Shown: positions 20,100 through 29,140 of the stretch, piece after piece
Position numbering within the stretch: the first letter of the stretch is position 1
Layout: every line of letters starts with the position of its first letter
NCBI GenBank assembly: GCA_050250895.1
Contig: JBFWNU010000006.1
Location: 55,513-119,512, forward strand
DNA from: Vulcanimicrobiota bacterium
GTDB taxonomy: Bacteria > Vulcanimicrobiota > Xenobia > Xenobiales > JADMJV01
Direction: 5' to 3'
Length of the DNA stretch: 64,000 nt
Made by a program: the position numbers and the translations under genes
Notes under the pieces: model-generated
Seen by the model: only the letters and a program-made list of their open reading frames with translations
What the model was told of the DNA's origin: nothing
Databases searched by the model: none

Positions 20100-20120
20100 T
20101 CTCGAGACGGTAGACGGTAG
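20091..20120. repeat. 30-bp heptamer-phased element (AGACGGT)n, copy 2
   Basis: agacggt agtctcg agacggt agacggt ag; contains the TAG stop of the McrB-like gene. Confidence 0.7.
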
Positions 20121-20200
20121 CTGCGCTGGGGAAGCGTTCGCCGTTTATGGAGAGGCGTTTGGTGGAGGCTCTAAACCGGGGCCAAACTGTCGGCTGGAAT

Positions 20201-20229
20201 TGTTAACGGGATGTGCGCAGAATGTTAAC
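20201..20229 (+). promoter_or_regulatory. TGTTAAC direct repeats 22 bp apart upstream of the NlpC/P60 gene
   Basis: tgttaac at 20201 and 20223; similar boxes at 35432-35480 and 59844-59883. Confidence 0.45.
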
Positions 20230-20329
20230 ACGGTCCGGGGGCTTCCAGTCCGAGACCAACACCTGAAGACTATCCTGGGGTCAATAAGACGAGCAGACCC
20301 ACTGCTCCACCACCAGGAGGCGTCTCACT

Positions 20330-21037
20330 ATGAATTTTCTCAGCGGATTAGGCGGCGGAGGCTTTGGGGGAGGGCTTCCCGGCCTTGGCGGCATGGGCGG
20401 CTTTCCCAGCATGCTGATGAACCCCATCCAGATGATCCTCAGCTTGATCATGAGCTTGTTTGCTCTCGAAGGCATCATGGGTGGCGGTCAGAACGCGGCC
20501 GGCGGCTACTCGCCGTTGCAGAACCCGGGTTTCGGAGGCACTGGCAGCGGAATGCCGGCCTTCGGAATGCAGACCGCAGCCAACCAGTTCATGGGAGGAG
20601 TCAACGACAACTTCAAGGCCGGTCTGCCGGCCCCCAACGCCCGGGCCCAGACCTTGATCGATAAAGCCAAGTCGCACCAGGGCGCGCCCTACGTGTTCGG
20701 CGCCGCCGGGCCCAACAAGTTCGACTGCTCGGGTCTGGTTTACTACTCGCTCAACGAAGCTGGCGTGAAGGTTCCTCGCTTGACGGCCGAAGGCTATCGC
20801 CGCAAGTATTCCGACACCGCCATCAAAGATCGCAGCCAGCTCAAGCCCGGCGACCTGGTCTTTTTTCACTCGGCCAACACACGAGGTATCCCGGCTGGCC
20901 AGGCCACCCACATCGAAATCTATCTGGGCAACGGCATGACGATGGGAACCGACAGCCCTAAGGAAGGCGCCCGGGTCGAGCCCATCAACTGGAACACCTT
21001 CATCGGCGGCGCCCGCGTGCCTGAATTGGCCGGTTAA
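20330..21037 (+). CDS. NlpC/P60 (C40) peptidase with Gly/Met-rich N-terminus
   Basis: AGGAGG RBS; GAPYVFG, FDCSGL, LKPGDLVFF, THIEIY. Confidence 0.9.
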   Translation: MNFLSGLGGGGFGGGLPGLGGMGGFPSMLMNPIQMILSLIMSLFALEGIMGGGQNAAGGYSPLQNPGFGGTGSGMPAFGMQTAANQFMGGVNDNFKAGLPAPNARAQTLIDKAKSHQGAPYVFGAAGPNKFDCSGLVYYSLNEAGVKVPRLTAEGYRRKYSDTAIKDRSQLKPGDLVFFHSANTRGIPAGQATHIEIYLGNGMTMGTDSPKEGARVEPINWNTFIGGARVPELAG

Positions 21038-22737
21038 ACCGTCAACCCCACCACTTCGAAGCGGTCGACATCGACCAGGCCCTGATCGGTGAGTTTCAGC
21101 GATGGAATCACCGGCAGGGCCAAAAAGCTTAGCGACATGAAGGGGTGCGAAGCTGTGCCTCCCAGCTCGCGGGTGGCGGCCAGCAAGTCCTGATTGGCCT
21201 GGCGCACCTCGGCCAGCGGGTGGTCCGACATCAGACCGCCGATGGGCAGAGGCAGGCGAGCCTTCACCTCGCCGCCGGCCACCACCACCCAGCCCCCCTG
21301 CATTTCGCGCACGGCCTCGGCAGCGGCCCGCATGTCAGCGTCGTTGGTGCCCAACAAGACCAGGTTGTGACTGTCGTGCCCGACCGTCGAGGCCAGGGCT
21401 CCGTGCTTGAGCCCGAAGCCCCGAGCCAGGCCCAGTCCGATCTGGCCGCTGGCGTGGTGGCGCTCGACCACGGCTAGCTTCAGCTGGTCACGCTCGGGAT
21501 CGGCCACGATCTCGCCGTCTTTTCTGGTCACCTCTTCGACCAGATGCGAGGTCACGATCTGGTTGGGAATGAGCCCGATGACCCGGGCCCGGTCGCCTTC
21601 GTCAGTGATGCGCAGCGACGATTCGTCCAGAGCGGCAAAGTTGACGGTATTACGCACGGTCGTGCCCGGATGCCCGCTGGCCTGCCACAGCGGTTGCCCC
21701 TCTCTGGCTACCAGTCGACCGCGCTTGAAGACCATCTCGGCGCGGAAGTCCTCGAGGCTGCGGGTGACCACCAGATCGGCCAGATAACCCGGCGCGATAG
21801 CCCCCCGCCCCTTGAGGCGAAAGTATTCGGCTGCGTTCAGGCTGGCCATGGTCAGGGCATCGATTGGCTGACAACCCAGCGAGACGGCCTTTCTCACCAG
21901 AAAGTCGATGTGCCCCTCGTCGATCAGGTCGGCCGGTTCGCGGTCGTCGGTGCAGAACATGCAGCGGCGCAAAGTGCGCGGGTTGACCACCGGCAAGAGC
22001 GGTCCCAGGTCGCGGGTGACCGACCCCTCGCGCAGCAAGAGATACATCCCCAGAGCCAGCTTCTCGCTCGCCTCGCTGGGTGTGGTGCACTCGTGGTCTG
22101 ACTCGATACCGGCGGCCACATAGGCGTACAGCTGCTTGCCGCTCAGCTTGGGCGCGTGCCCGTCGAGGCGCCCGGCGATGGCTTCGAGCTTGGCCAATAC
22201 CTCGGGCCGCCCCGCCACCACCCCGGGAAAGTCCATCATCTCGCCCAGCCCCAGGATGCGCGGGTCCTTCAAACTGGCCAGGTCCTGCGCACTCAGACTG
22301 GCCCCCGCCGTCTCCATATGGGTCGCCGGAACGCACGATGGCACCATCACGAACACATCCAGCGGGCTGTCCTGGGCCGCTTCGAGCATATAGCGGATGC
22401 CCTCGAGCCCCCTGACGTTGGCGATCTCGTGGGGGTCGGCCACAATGGCGGTCGTCCCCTTCGGGACCACCGCCAGAGCGAACTGGTCCGGGGTCACCAT
22501 CGACGACTCGATGTGCATATGGCCGTCGATGAGCCCCGGCGTGAGATAGGCGCCTTGGAGCGAGAGCGTCGCCTTGGCCTGGTAATCGCCAAAGCCCACC
22601 ACCCGCCCCTGGAAGACGGCCACCTGAGTCTGGTCGATCGACCCGGTAAACAGGTTGACCACGCGGGCGTCGGTCAAGAGCAGGTCGACGGGTTCATCCC
22701 CCCGGGCTGCGGCAATGACGGCGGCAAGATTACTCAT
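21034..22737 (-). CDS. ade: Adenine deaminase
   Basis: PGLIDGHMHIESS, DPHEIANV, PSCVPAT, DGHAP, SDHE, REGS, CTDD, VGHDSHN. Confidence 0.95.
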   Translation of the reverse strand: MSNLAAVIAAARGDEPVDLLLTDARVVNLFTGSIDQTQVAVFQGRVVGFGDYQAKATLSLQGAYLTPGLIDGHMHIESSMVTPDQFALAVVPKGTTAIVADPHEIANVRGLEGIRYMLEAAQDSPLDVFVMVPSCVPATHMETAGASLSAQDLASLKDPRILGLGEMMDFPGVVAGRPEVLAKLEAIAGRLDGHAPKLSGKQLYAYVAAGIESDHECTTPSEASEKLALGMYLLLREGSVTRDLGPLLPVVNPRTLRRCMFCTDDREPADLIDEGHIDFLVRKAVSLGCQPIDALTMASLNAAEYFRLKGRGAIAPGYLADLVVTRSLEDFRAEMVFKRGRLVAREGQPLWQASGHPGTTVRNTVNFAALDESSLRITDEGDRARVIGLIPNQIVTSHLVEEVTRKDGEIVADPERDQLKLAVVERHHASGQIGLGLARGFGLKHGALASTVGHDSHNLVLLGTNDADMRAAAEAVREMQGGWVVVAGGEVKARLPLPIGGLMSDHPLAEVRQANQDLLAATRELGGTASHPFMSLSFLALPVIPSLKLTDQGLVDVDRFEVVGLTV

Positions 22738-22963
22738 GGACTACCTTTCGGCGGCGGTCCGGTGGATGTCCTGGGTGGGCCTGGAGGTGGGCGCGTGCTG
22801 GGTGTCAACGCGGAGAAGGGGCGTTTGCTCTCCGTCGTTGGTCGGTTTGCGCTCGAATCGCGAACCGCAGAGATGGGGTGTGGCAACGCCGGCAGATAGA
22901 ATAGGCGCCGCGGAGTTGCGACGCGGGCGGCGGGCCAACCAGAGCACGACCACGCGCCGCGGC

Positions 22964-23366
22964 TGTTCCGCGCGGAAGCCGGCTTGCCCCGCGACCGTGG
23001 TCGAGCCCCCAGGCTGACGGCGGCGGTACGGCGCCAGGTGGTGCCGGATTCGGCACGTGGTAGCGCCGTACTCGGCCGAGGTTGCTCTTCCGTGCGGAAG
23101 TCGACTTGCCCCGCGACCGTGGTCGAGCCACCCAGGCTGCCGGCGGCGGTACGGCGCCAGGTGGTGCCGGATTCGGCACGTGGTAGCGCCGTACTCGGGC
23201 GAGGTTGCTCTTCCGTGCGGAAGTCGGCCGGCCCCGCGACCGTGGTCGAGCCACCCAGGCTGGTCGGCGGCGGTACGGCGCCAGGTGGTGCCGGATTCGG
23301 CACGTGGTAGCGCCGTACTCGGCCGAGGTTGCTCTTCCGTGCGGAAGTCGTCCGGCCCCGCGACCG
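22964..23366. repeat. Tandem array of three full ~123-bp hairpin-rich units (122, 123, 124 bp) plus partial flanking copies
   Basis: Units start at 22987, 23109, 23232 (ccccgcgaccgtggtcgagcc...cttccgtgcggaagtcg), partial unit at 23356; near-identical. Confidence 0.92.
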
Positions 23367-23556
23367 AGCTCCCCCCATCTCCGCGAACTCAGCGTCCTCC
23401 GCGGTTTCCACATCGAGCGCCCAGGTTGAACGCAACCGCCACCCCTGAGCTGCGTAGCAGCGATACTCCTCGAACCGAAGGCGTTCCACTCCTCGGCCAC
23501 GCGTGGCCTCTGGGTCCCCGCAGGCCCGCCCCGCCTCGGCGGGGAAGGACACGCCT

Positions 23557-23928
23557 ATGCGGGTCTGGGTGCTGGTGTCGTTGATCCTGTTGGGCGGCTG
23601 CTATCAGCAGCAGCGTGAAGACAACCTGCGCCAAGCGGTCGAGGTGGTGCAGAGCGTGCTGGCCAAGCCCGAGTTCGAGGGCAAGACGGCCGAGCAGAAG
23701 CTCGACTTTCTCTTCTCGCCCGAGGCCCAGACGCTGTGGCCTCCCCGCCCCGAGGCCGAGCTCAACGACGCCAGCGCCAAATCGGGCCAGCAGCCCAGTC
23801 GCATCCTGTATTTGAGAACCCCCGACGCTCCCTGGTCGGTGGTGGTGCGGGTGCAAGACGATCATCTGATGGTGGAGGGCTACGGGGCTAGTTTGGCGCA
23901 ACCCGAGATATCGGTTTCGCTAAAATAG
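23557..23928 (+). CDS. Small putative lipoprotein
   Basis: AAGGA RBS; MRVWVLVSLILLGGC lipobox. Confidence 0.7.
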   Translation: MRVWVLVSLILLGGCYQQQREDNLRQAVEVVQSVLAKPEFEGKTAEQKLDFLFSPEAQTLWPPRPEAELNDASAKSGQQPSRILYLRTPDAPWSVVVRVQDDHLMVEGYGASLAQPEISVSLK

Positions 23929-23938
23929 ACTAAGGGGG

Positions 23939-25405
23939 TTGAGGGTGGCTCTCGACTTTCAACGGATCTTCATGAAGAATCTCCCTACCGTGAACGAGCG
24001 GTGGAAGCCCGTCTTGCCGCGGCTGGTCGACAAGATGATCGAACTCGGCTACACCCGCGAGGCTTGCGACAAGCTGTTTCCGGGTGGCAACCTGATCGTG
24101 CGCGACTTTGTCAAAGTGCCGGGGTATCTTCGCAACTGTCGCGAGGCGGGCGGGCCCCTCGCAGTGCTGGTGCCGTTTTTTCTGCTGCGCCGGTTGGTGG
24201 ACCGCAAGGCGCTCGAAGGGGTTATCGGAGAAGAGCTGGTGGAGTGCTTGCTCGGCTGCAACCTGATCTTGCAAGACGGCGACCAGGTCGAGGCCATCTA
24301 CGATCTCTATCCGTGCTACGGCAGTTATATCTTCACCGACTCGAAGTTTCAGCGGGCCAGCGAGCTGTCGCCTTTGACGACCTATTACCTGGGCAACGAC
24401 AGTTATGCCCTGGCCCGGGTTACTCCGCGCCAGAAGGTGCGACGGGCTTTGGACCTTTGCACCGGTTCGGGCGTGCACTCGGTGATGGCGGCCCGCCACG
24501 CCAACCTGGCCATGGCGGTGGACCTCAATCCGCGCGCCATCGCGGTCAGCGAACTCAATGCCGTGCTCAACCGCCAGGACGAGATCTGTGGCTTCATGCT
24601 GGGCGATCTGTACGGACCCATCGCCAAAGGTGGGTTTGACCTGATTACGGCCAATCCGCCCTTCATTCCCACTCCCCAGGAGGATATGGAGCTGTATCGC
24701 TCGGGGGGCGAGTCGGGTGAAGAGGTGACCGAGCGCATCTTTCGCGACCTGCCCAAGTATCTGGCTCCGGGCGGGCTGCTCAGTCTGGTGACGAACTTTC
24801 CCATCACCCGGGCCGGCGATATCCTGGAGCGCCATCAACGGTGGCTGGGCGACCCCAAAGGGTGGGGATTGCTGTTGCTCAACTTCGGAGTGATCACCCG
24901 CGAGCAGTATGTGCTGATGCAGTACAAGGCGGTGGGTGACTATGAGCAGGACTTCGCCGAGATGGACCGTTGGCTCGACCTCTACGAGCGGCTAGGCATT
25001 CTCTCTTTGAGCTTCGGCATCATCATGGTGCGTCGCCTCGAAACCGAGGATAGCTGGCTCGAGTTTCGCAACTTCCCGGGTGGGGCCCAAGCCATGTCTG
25101 ACGAGTTCGAGGCCTTTCTCGAGAGCCTGACGTTCTTCAACAGCGCCGCCTTTGCCGAGGGGTGGGCCGAGTTCGTCCCGCGGCCGCGGCCGGTCAAAGC
25201 CTTTTACACCGACCGCCTGGCCGGAGTGGGGCGGGTAGAGTTCCGCCATCCCGAGTGGCCTGCCGTCGATCTGGCGGCGGAGGAAACGGCCCTGCTGAGC
25301 AAGATTTACGACCAGCCGGGCCGCCCGGCGAGCGAGTTGACCGATGGGCCCGAGCTGCTCAAGGCCCTGGGCCGCCATAACTTGATTCTTCCCGAAGGAG
25401 CATAG
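23939..25405 (+). CDS. Class I SAM-dependent methyltransferase (PrmC/HemK-like NPPF type) with N- and C-terminal extensions
   Basis: ALDLCTGSG, VDLNPRA, GDLY, FDLITANPPFIP; start uncertain. Confidence 0.85.
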   Translation: MRVALDFQRIFMKNLPTVNERWKPVLPRLVDKMIELGYTREACDKLFPGGNLIVRDFVKVPGYLRNCREAGGPLAVLVPFFLLRRLVDRKALEGVIGEELVECLLGCNLILQDGDQVEAIYDLYPCYGSYIFTDSKFQRASELSPLTTYYLGNDSYALARVTPRQKVRRALDLCTGSGVHSVMAARHANLAMAVDLNPRAIAVSELNAVLNRQDEICGFMLGDLYGPIAKGGFDLITANPPFIPTPQEDMELYRSGGESGEEVTERIFRDLPKYLAPGGLLSLVTNFPITRAGDILERHQRWLGDPKGWGLLLLNFGVITREQYVLMQYKAVGDYEQDFAEMDRWLDLYERLGILSLSFGIIMVRRLETEDSWLEFRNFPGGAQAMSDEFEAFLESLTFFNSAAFAEGWAEFVPRPRPVKAFYTDRLAGVGRVEFRHPEWPAVDLAAEETALLSKIYDQPGRPASELTDGPELLKALGRHNLILPEGA

Positions 25406-25406
25406 C

Positions 25407-27485
25407 GTGCGATTGCTATTTTGTTTGGCCCTGATGGCCCTGCCGTTGACCGCCCTGGCCGACCCCCCGGCCTCGAAGAAGGTGGAGCAAACCGATGTCT
25501 ATCACGGGGTGACGGTGAAAGACCCCTACCGTTGGTTAGAAGATGCCGAGGCCAAAGACACTCAAGACTGGGTCAAGCGTCAGAACGAGTACACCCGCGC
25601 TCATCTCGACGACAGCCCGGTGCGGGCCGAGTTGATCGAGCGGCTGACCAAATTGTGGGACTATCCCCGCTATTCGAGTCCGTTCCATCGAGGTGAGCGC
25701 TACTTCTTCTTCAAGAATGACGGTCTGCAAAATCAGGCGGTCTTCTATGTGCAGGAGGGCCTCGAGGGCGAGGCGCGGGTGGCTATCGACCCGAACAAGC
25801 TGAGCGACGATGGGACCACCGCTTTGAGCGATGTCGAAGTTTCTGATGACGGCAAGCTTTGTGCCTATGCCGTTTCGGTCCACGGCAGCGACTGGCAAGA
25901 GGTCTTCGTGCGCGATCTCGATACCGGCCAGGATCTCTCGGACAAGCTGGAGTGGTGCAAGTTCACCTCGATTGCCTGGACTCCCGACAACAAAGGCTTC
26001 TTCTATTCGCGCTTTCCTGACCCGTCCACCGTGGCCAAAGAGGACCAGACCAATTTCAACCGCGTCTACTATCACCGGGTTGGCGACGCTCAGGCCGACG
26101 ATCAACTGGTGTTCAAAGACGACGAGAAGAAACACCTGGGCTATTCGGCCTGGGTCACCGAGGCCGGTGACTATGTCGGTCTGACGGTCTGGGATGGGAC
26201 CGACCCGCGTAACCGCGTGTATGTGCGCAAGCTTGAAGGAGAGACCGAGTTTCGCCGAGTGCTCGACCAGGCCGACGCCGCCTATTCGGTGATCGGCAAC
26301 GATGGCCCGATCTTCTATCTTCAGACCGACAAGGACGCCCCGCGCGGGCGGATCGTGGCGCTCGATGTCGAGGCTCCTGGTGAGCTGACGACGGTGATTC
26401 CCGAAGACCGAGACGTCATCGACTTCGTGGGAAGAGTCCATCACGAGTTCGTGGTGGTGCGCATGCACAACGCCCACCATCTGGTCAGCCTTTACACCAC
26501 GGATGGCAAGCTCAAGAAACAACTGGAGTTGCCCGGAGTAGGGGCCATCGGGGGCCTTTCGGGGCGAGCTAAAGACACCGAGATGTTCCTGCAGTATGAA
26601 AGCTATCTCACGCCGGCTACCAGCCTGCGCTACGACTTTCCCGGCGACAAGCTGAGCGTCTTTCGCCAACCGAAGATCGACTTTCCGGCCGACCAGTATC
26701 GCACCGAGGTCGTCTTTTGCCGCTCCCAAGACGGCACGGCCGTGCCCATCTTCTTGACCTATCGCAAGGACCTCGAGCGAGATGGCAGCAATCCGACCCT
26801 GCTCTACGGCTATGGCGGCTTCAACATCAACCTGACTCCACGCTTCTCGATCAGTCGGCTGGCCTGGCTCGAGCGCGGGGGCATCTTGGCCGTGGCCAAT
26901 CTGCGTGGTGGCTCGGAATATGGCGAAGAGTGGCACCAGGCCGGCATGATGGGCAACAAGCAGAACGTCTTCGACGACTTCATCGCCGCCGGCGAGTACT
27001 TGATCGAGGCGGGCTATACCCGTCGCGACAAGCTGGCCATCAACGGAGGCAGCAACGGCGGTCTGCTGGTGTCTGCTTGCCTCACCCAGCGTCCCGATCT
27101 GTATGGAGCGGCCCTGTGCCAGGTGCCGGTCACCGATATGCTGCGCTACCATCTTTTCACGGTAGGGCGTTATTGGGTGCCAGAGTGGGGTTCTGCGGAT
27201 GACCCCGAGCAGTTCAAGTTCCTCTACGCCTACTCGCCTTTGCACAATACCCCCCGGGCTGACTATCCGGCCACTTTAATCACCACCGCCGACACCGACG
27301 ACCGGGTGGTCCCGGCCCACGCCAAGAAGTTCGCGGCCACTCTGCAGGCGGCCCAGACGGGCTCGGCTCCCATCTTGATCCGCATCGAGACGAAAGCCGG
27401 TCACGGGGCCGGCAAGCCCACCTCGAAGCTGATCGAAGAGGCGGCCGACTGCTATACCTTTTTGCTCAAGTATCTGGGAGAGTGA
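25407..27485 (+). CDS. Prolyl oligopeptidase (S9A), exported
   Basis: Signal peptide (ALA); DPYRWLED, LLYGYGGF, GGSNGG, DDRVVP, KAGHGAGK. Confidence 0.95.
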   Translation: MRLLFCLALMALPLTALADPPASKKVEQTDVYHGVTVKDPYRWLEDAEAKDTQDWVKRQNEYTRAHLDDSPVRAELIERLTKLWDYPRYSSPFHRGERYFFFKNDGLQNQAVFYVQEGLEGEARVAIDPNKLSDDGTTALSDVEVSDDGKLCAYAVSVHGSDWQEVFVRDLDTGQDLSDKLEWCKFTSIAWTPDNKGFFYSRFPDPSTVAKEDQTNFNRVYYHRVGDAQADDQLVFKDDEKKHLGYSAWVTEAGDYVGLTVWDGTDPRNRVYVRKLEGETEFRRVLDQADAAYSVIGNDGPIFYLQTDKDAPRGRIVALDVEAPGELTTVIPEDRDVIDFVGRVHHEFVVVRMHNAHHLVSLYTTDGKLKKQLELPGVGAIGGLSGRAKDTEMFLQYESYLTPATSLRYDFPGDKLSVFRQPKIDFPADQYRTEVVFCRSQDGTAVPIFLTYRKDLERDGSNPTLLYGYGGFNINLTPRFSISRLAWLERGGILAVANLRGGSEYGEEWHQAGMMGNKQNVFDDFIAAGEYLIEAGYTRRDKLAINGGSNGGLLVSACLTQRPDLYGAALCQVPVTDMLRYHLFTVGRYWVPEWGSADDPEQFKFLYAYSPLHNTPRADYPATLITTADTDDRVVPAHAKKFAATLQAAQTGSAPILIRIETKAGHGAGKPTSKLIEEAADCYTFLLKYLGE

Positions 27486-27555
27486 TTGCAAAATCTCGGC
27501 CGGGCTGCAATGGCCCTGCCGACCCCGGCGGTTCTACAATGAGGAGGCTCACACG

Positions 27556-28011
27556 ATGGAATCTCACGAGGTGCTCAAGACGGCCATCCATCCTCTCGGC
27601 GTCAAGGCTGTCGCCAGCGAACTGCGCCTGTCTACCTCGCTGGTCTACAAATGGTGCCAGGAGAAAGAAGACGACGAAGGTTCGGGAGTGGACAACCCGC
27701 TGGATCGCCTGCAGCGGATCGTCGAAGTGACCAACAATAAGGGGCCGATCCACTGGTTGTGCCAGCAATCCAACGGTTTTTTCGTCGAGAATCCGATCAA
27801 GGGCGAGGCCGACAACGCCCCAGTGTTGCTGGCTGCTCAAAAGCTGTTGGCCGAGTTCTCGGAGCTCTTGACGGTGGTGTCCCAAAGTTGGGAAAACGAC
27901 AGCTCCATCAACCCGGAGGAGGCCGAGCGCATTCGCGCCGAGTGGGAGCAGCTCAAGACGGTGGCCGAAAAGTTCGTGGTCGCGTGTGAAAAGGGAGTCT
28001 ACGAAAGCTAA
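27556..28011 (+). CDS. Phage-regulatory CII-family-like HTH protein
   Basis: GAGGAGG RBS; GVKAVASELRLSTSLVYKW HTH, NPLDRL, IHWLC, D-x-x-I-x-x-x-E helical C-terminus. Confidence 0.65.
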   Translation: MESHEVLKTAIHPLGVKAVASELRLSTSLVYKWCQEKEDDEGSGVDNPLDRLQRIVEVTNNKGPIHWLCQQSNGFFVENPIKGEADNAPVLLAAQKLLAEFSELLTVVSQSWENDSSINPEEAERIRAEWEQLKTVAEKFVVACEKGVYES

Positions 28012-28021
28012 GGGGGTCTCG

Positions 28022-29140
28022 ATGGCAACCACGGAAGTCTCAAATCAGGGCTGGTTGAGCCGGCTCATGGAATCGATCGGCGGGGTGCTGTTCGGCATCG
28101 TCATCTTTCTGGTCGCCTTTCCCGTTCTTTATTGGAACGAGGGGCGGGCGGTTCGCACCGCCCGCGGATTGGCCGAGGGGAAGAGTAACGTGGTCTCGGT
28201 TTCGGCCGACCAGGTCGACCCGGCCAACGAAGGCAAGTTGATTCACCTGACCGGTCAGGCCACCGCCCAGGGGAGCCTGCGCGACGACCAGTTTCCGGTC
28301 GAAGTGGCCAACGCCCTGCAGTTGCGTCGCGTGGTCGAGGTCTATCAGTGGGAACAACAAGAGAAGCGTGAGAAGCGCAAGAAGCTGGGCGGTGGTGAGG
28401 AAACCGTGACCCTCTATACCTATCACGAGCAGTGGAGCGAGCAGCTGATCGACTCGACCAGCTTCAAAGAAGCCGGTCACGATAACCCCCGGCGCAAGCC
28501 TTATGAATCGGCCAACTGGGTGGCCAAGGACGCCACCGTCGGAGCCTTCAAGCTGACATCTTTGACCGACGACGTCAACGCCTGGGTGGAGATTCCCGTC
28601 GACAAGAGCCCTGAAGGTCGCCTCAAAGTAGACCACGGTGAACTGTATCTCGCGGCCAATCCGGGCCGTCCGGTGATCGGCGACGCCCGCATCCGCTTCG
28701 AGGCGGTCAAGCCCACTCAGGTCAGCATCGTGGGCGTTCAGCAGGGCGACACGTTCAGCCCTTACAAGTCAGAATCGAGCGGAACCACGGTTTTTCGCCT
28801 GGTGGTGGGCCAGCAGTCGGCTGAGCAGATGTTCGAGCAGATGGAAGCCGAGAACACGATGATGACCTGGGGGCTGCGCGGGGTCGGCTTGGTCATGATG
28901 CTCATCGGCGTCGGCCTGGTCTTTCGACCGCTGGTGGTGGTGGCCGATGTGGTCCCGCTCTTTGGAAGCCTGCTCGAGGTAGGGGTCGGGCTGGTGGCCC
29001 TGGCCATTGCGGTGCCCTGCGCTCTGGCCGCCATCGCGCTGGGCTGGATTGCCTATCGCCCGGTGGTGGGCATCGGCTTGCTGGTGGGGGCGGTGGCCGC
29101 TCTCGGCGGCGCCTTTATGCTGGCGAAAAGCAGACGTTAG
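28022..29140 (+). CDS. TMEM43 (DUF1625) family membrane protein
   Basis: LYWNEGRAV, NEGKLIHLTG, LRRVVEVYQW, P-x-IGDARI, TWGLR, C-terminal TMs with WIAYRP. Confidence 0.88.
   Translation: MATTEVSNQGWLSRLMESIGGVLFGIVIFLVAFPVLYWNEGRAVRTARGLAEGKSNVVSVSADQVDPANEGKLIHLTGQATAQGSLRDDQFPVEVANALQLRRVVEVYQWEQQEKREKRKKLGGGEETVTLYTYHEQWSEQLIDSTSFKEAGHDNPRRKPYESANWVAKDATVGAFKLTSLTDDVNAWVEIPVDKSPEGRLKVDHGELYLAANPGRPVIGDARIRFEAVKPTQVSIVGVQQGDTFSPYKSESSGTTVFRLVVGQQSAEQMFEQMEAENTMMTWGLRGVGLVMMLIGVGLVFRPLVVVADVVPLFGSLLEVGVGLVALAIAVPCALAAIALGWIAYRPVVGIGLLVGAVAALGGAFMLAKSRR

Noticed and set aside
22964-23366. CRISPR array
   Set aside because: Units are ~123 bp and nearly identical end to end with no unique spacers; no cas genes in the window
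22734-23584. ORFs of 108-272 aa across the repeat region
   Set aside because: Unit lengths 122/123/124 shift frame, translations are Arg/Pro/Ala-rich without motifs, and open frames are expected in such GC-rich DNA
25536-27245. 569-aa minus-strand ORF, and similar long antisense ORFs such as 7388-8407, 14276-15346, 38239-39456, 40889-42019, 49622-50740
   Set aside because: Shadow frames of well-supported genes on the opposite strand; typical of high-GC codon bias
23939-27485. Borosin-type RiPP cluster (methyltransferase plus prolyl oligopeptidase)
   Set aside because: The methyltransferase is class I NPPF type, not the borosin tetrapyrrole-methylase fold; the peptidase has a signal peptide; no core peptide seen
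27556-28011. Prophage suggested by the CII-like gene
   Set aside because: No integrase, structural, replication or lysis genes nearby; flanks are ordinary chromosomal genes
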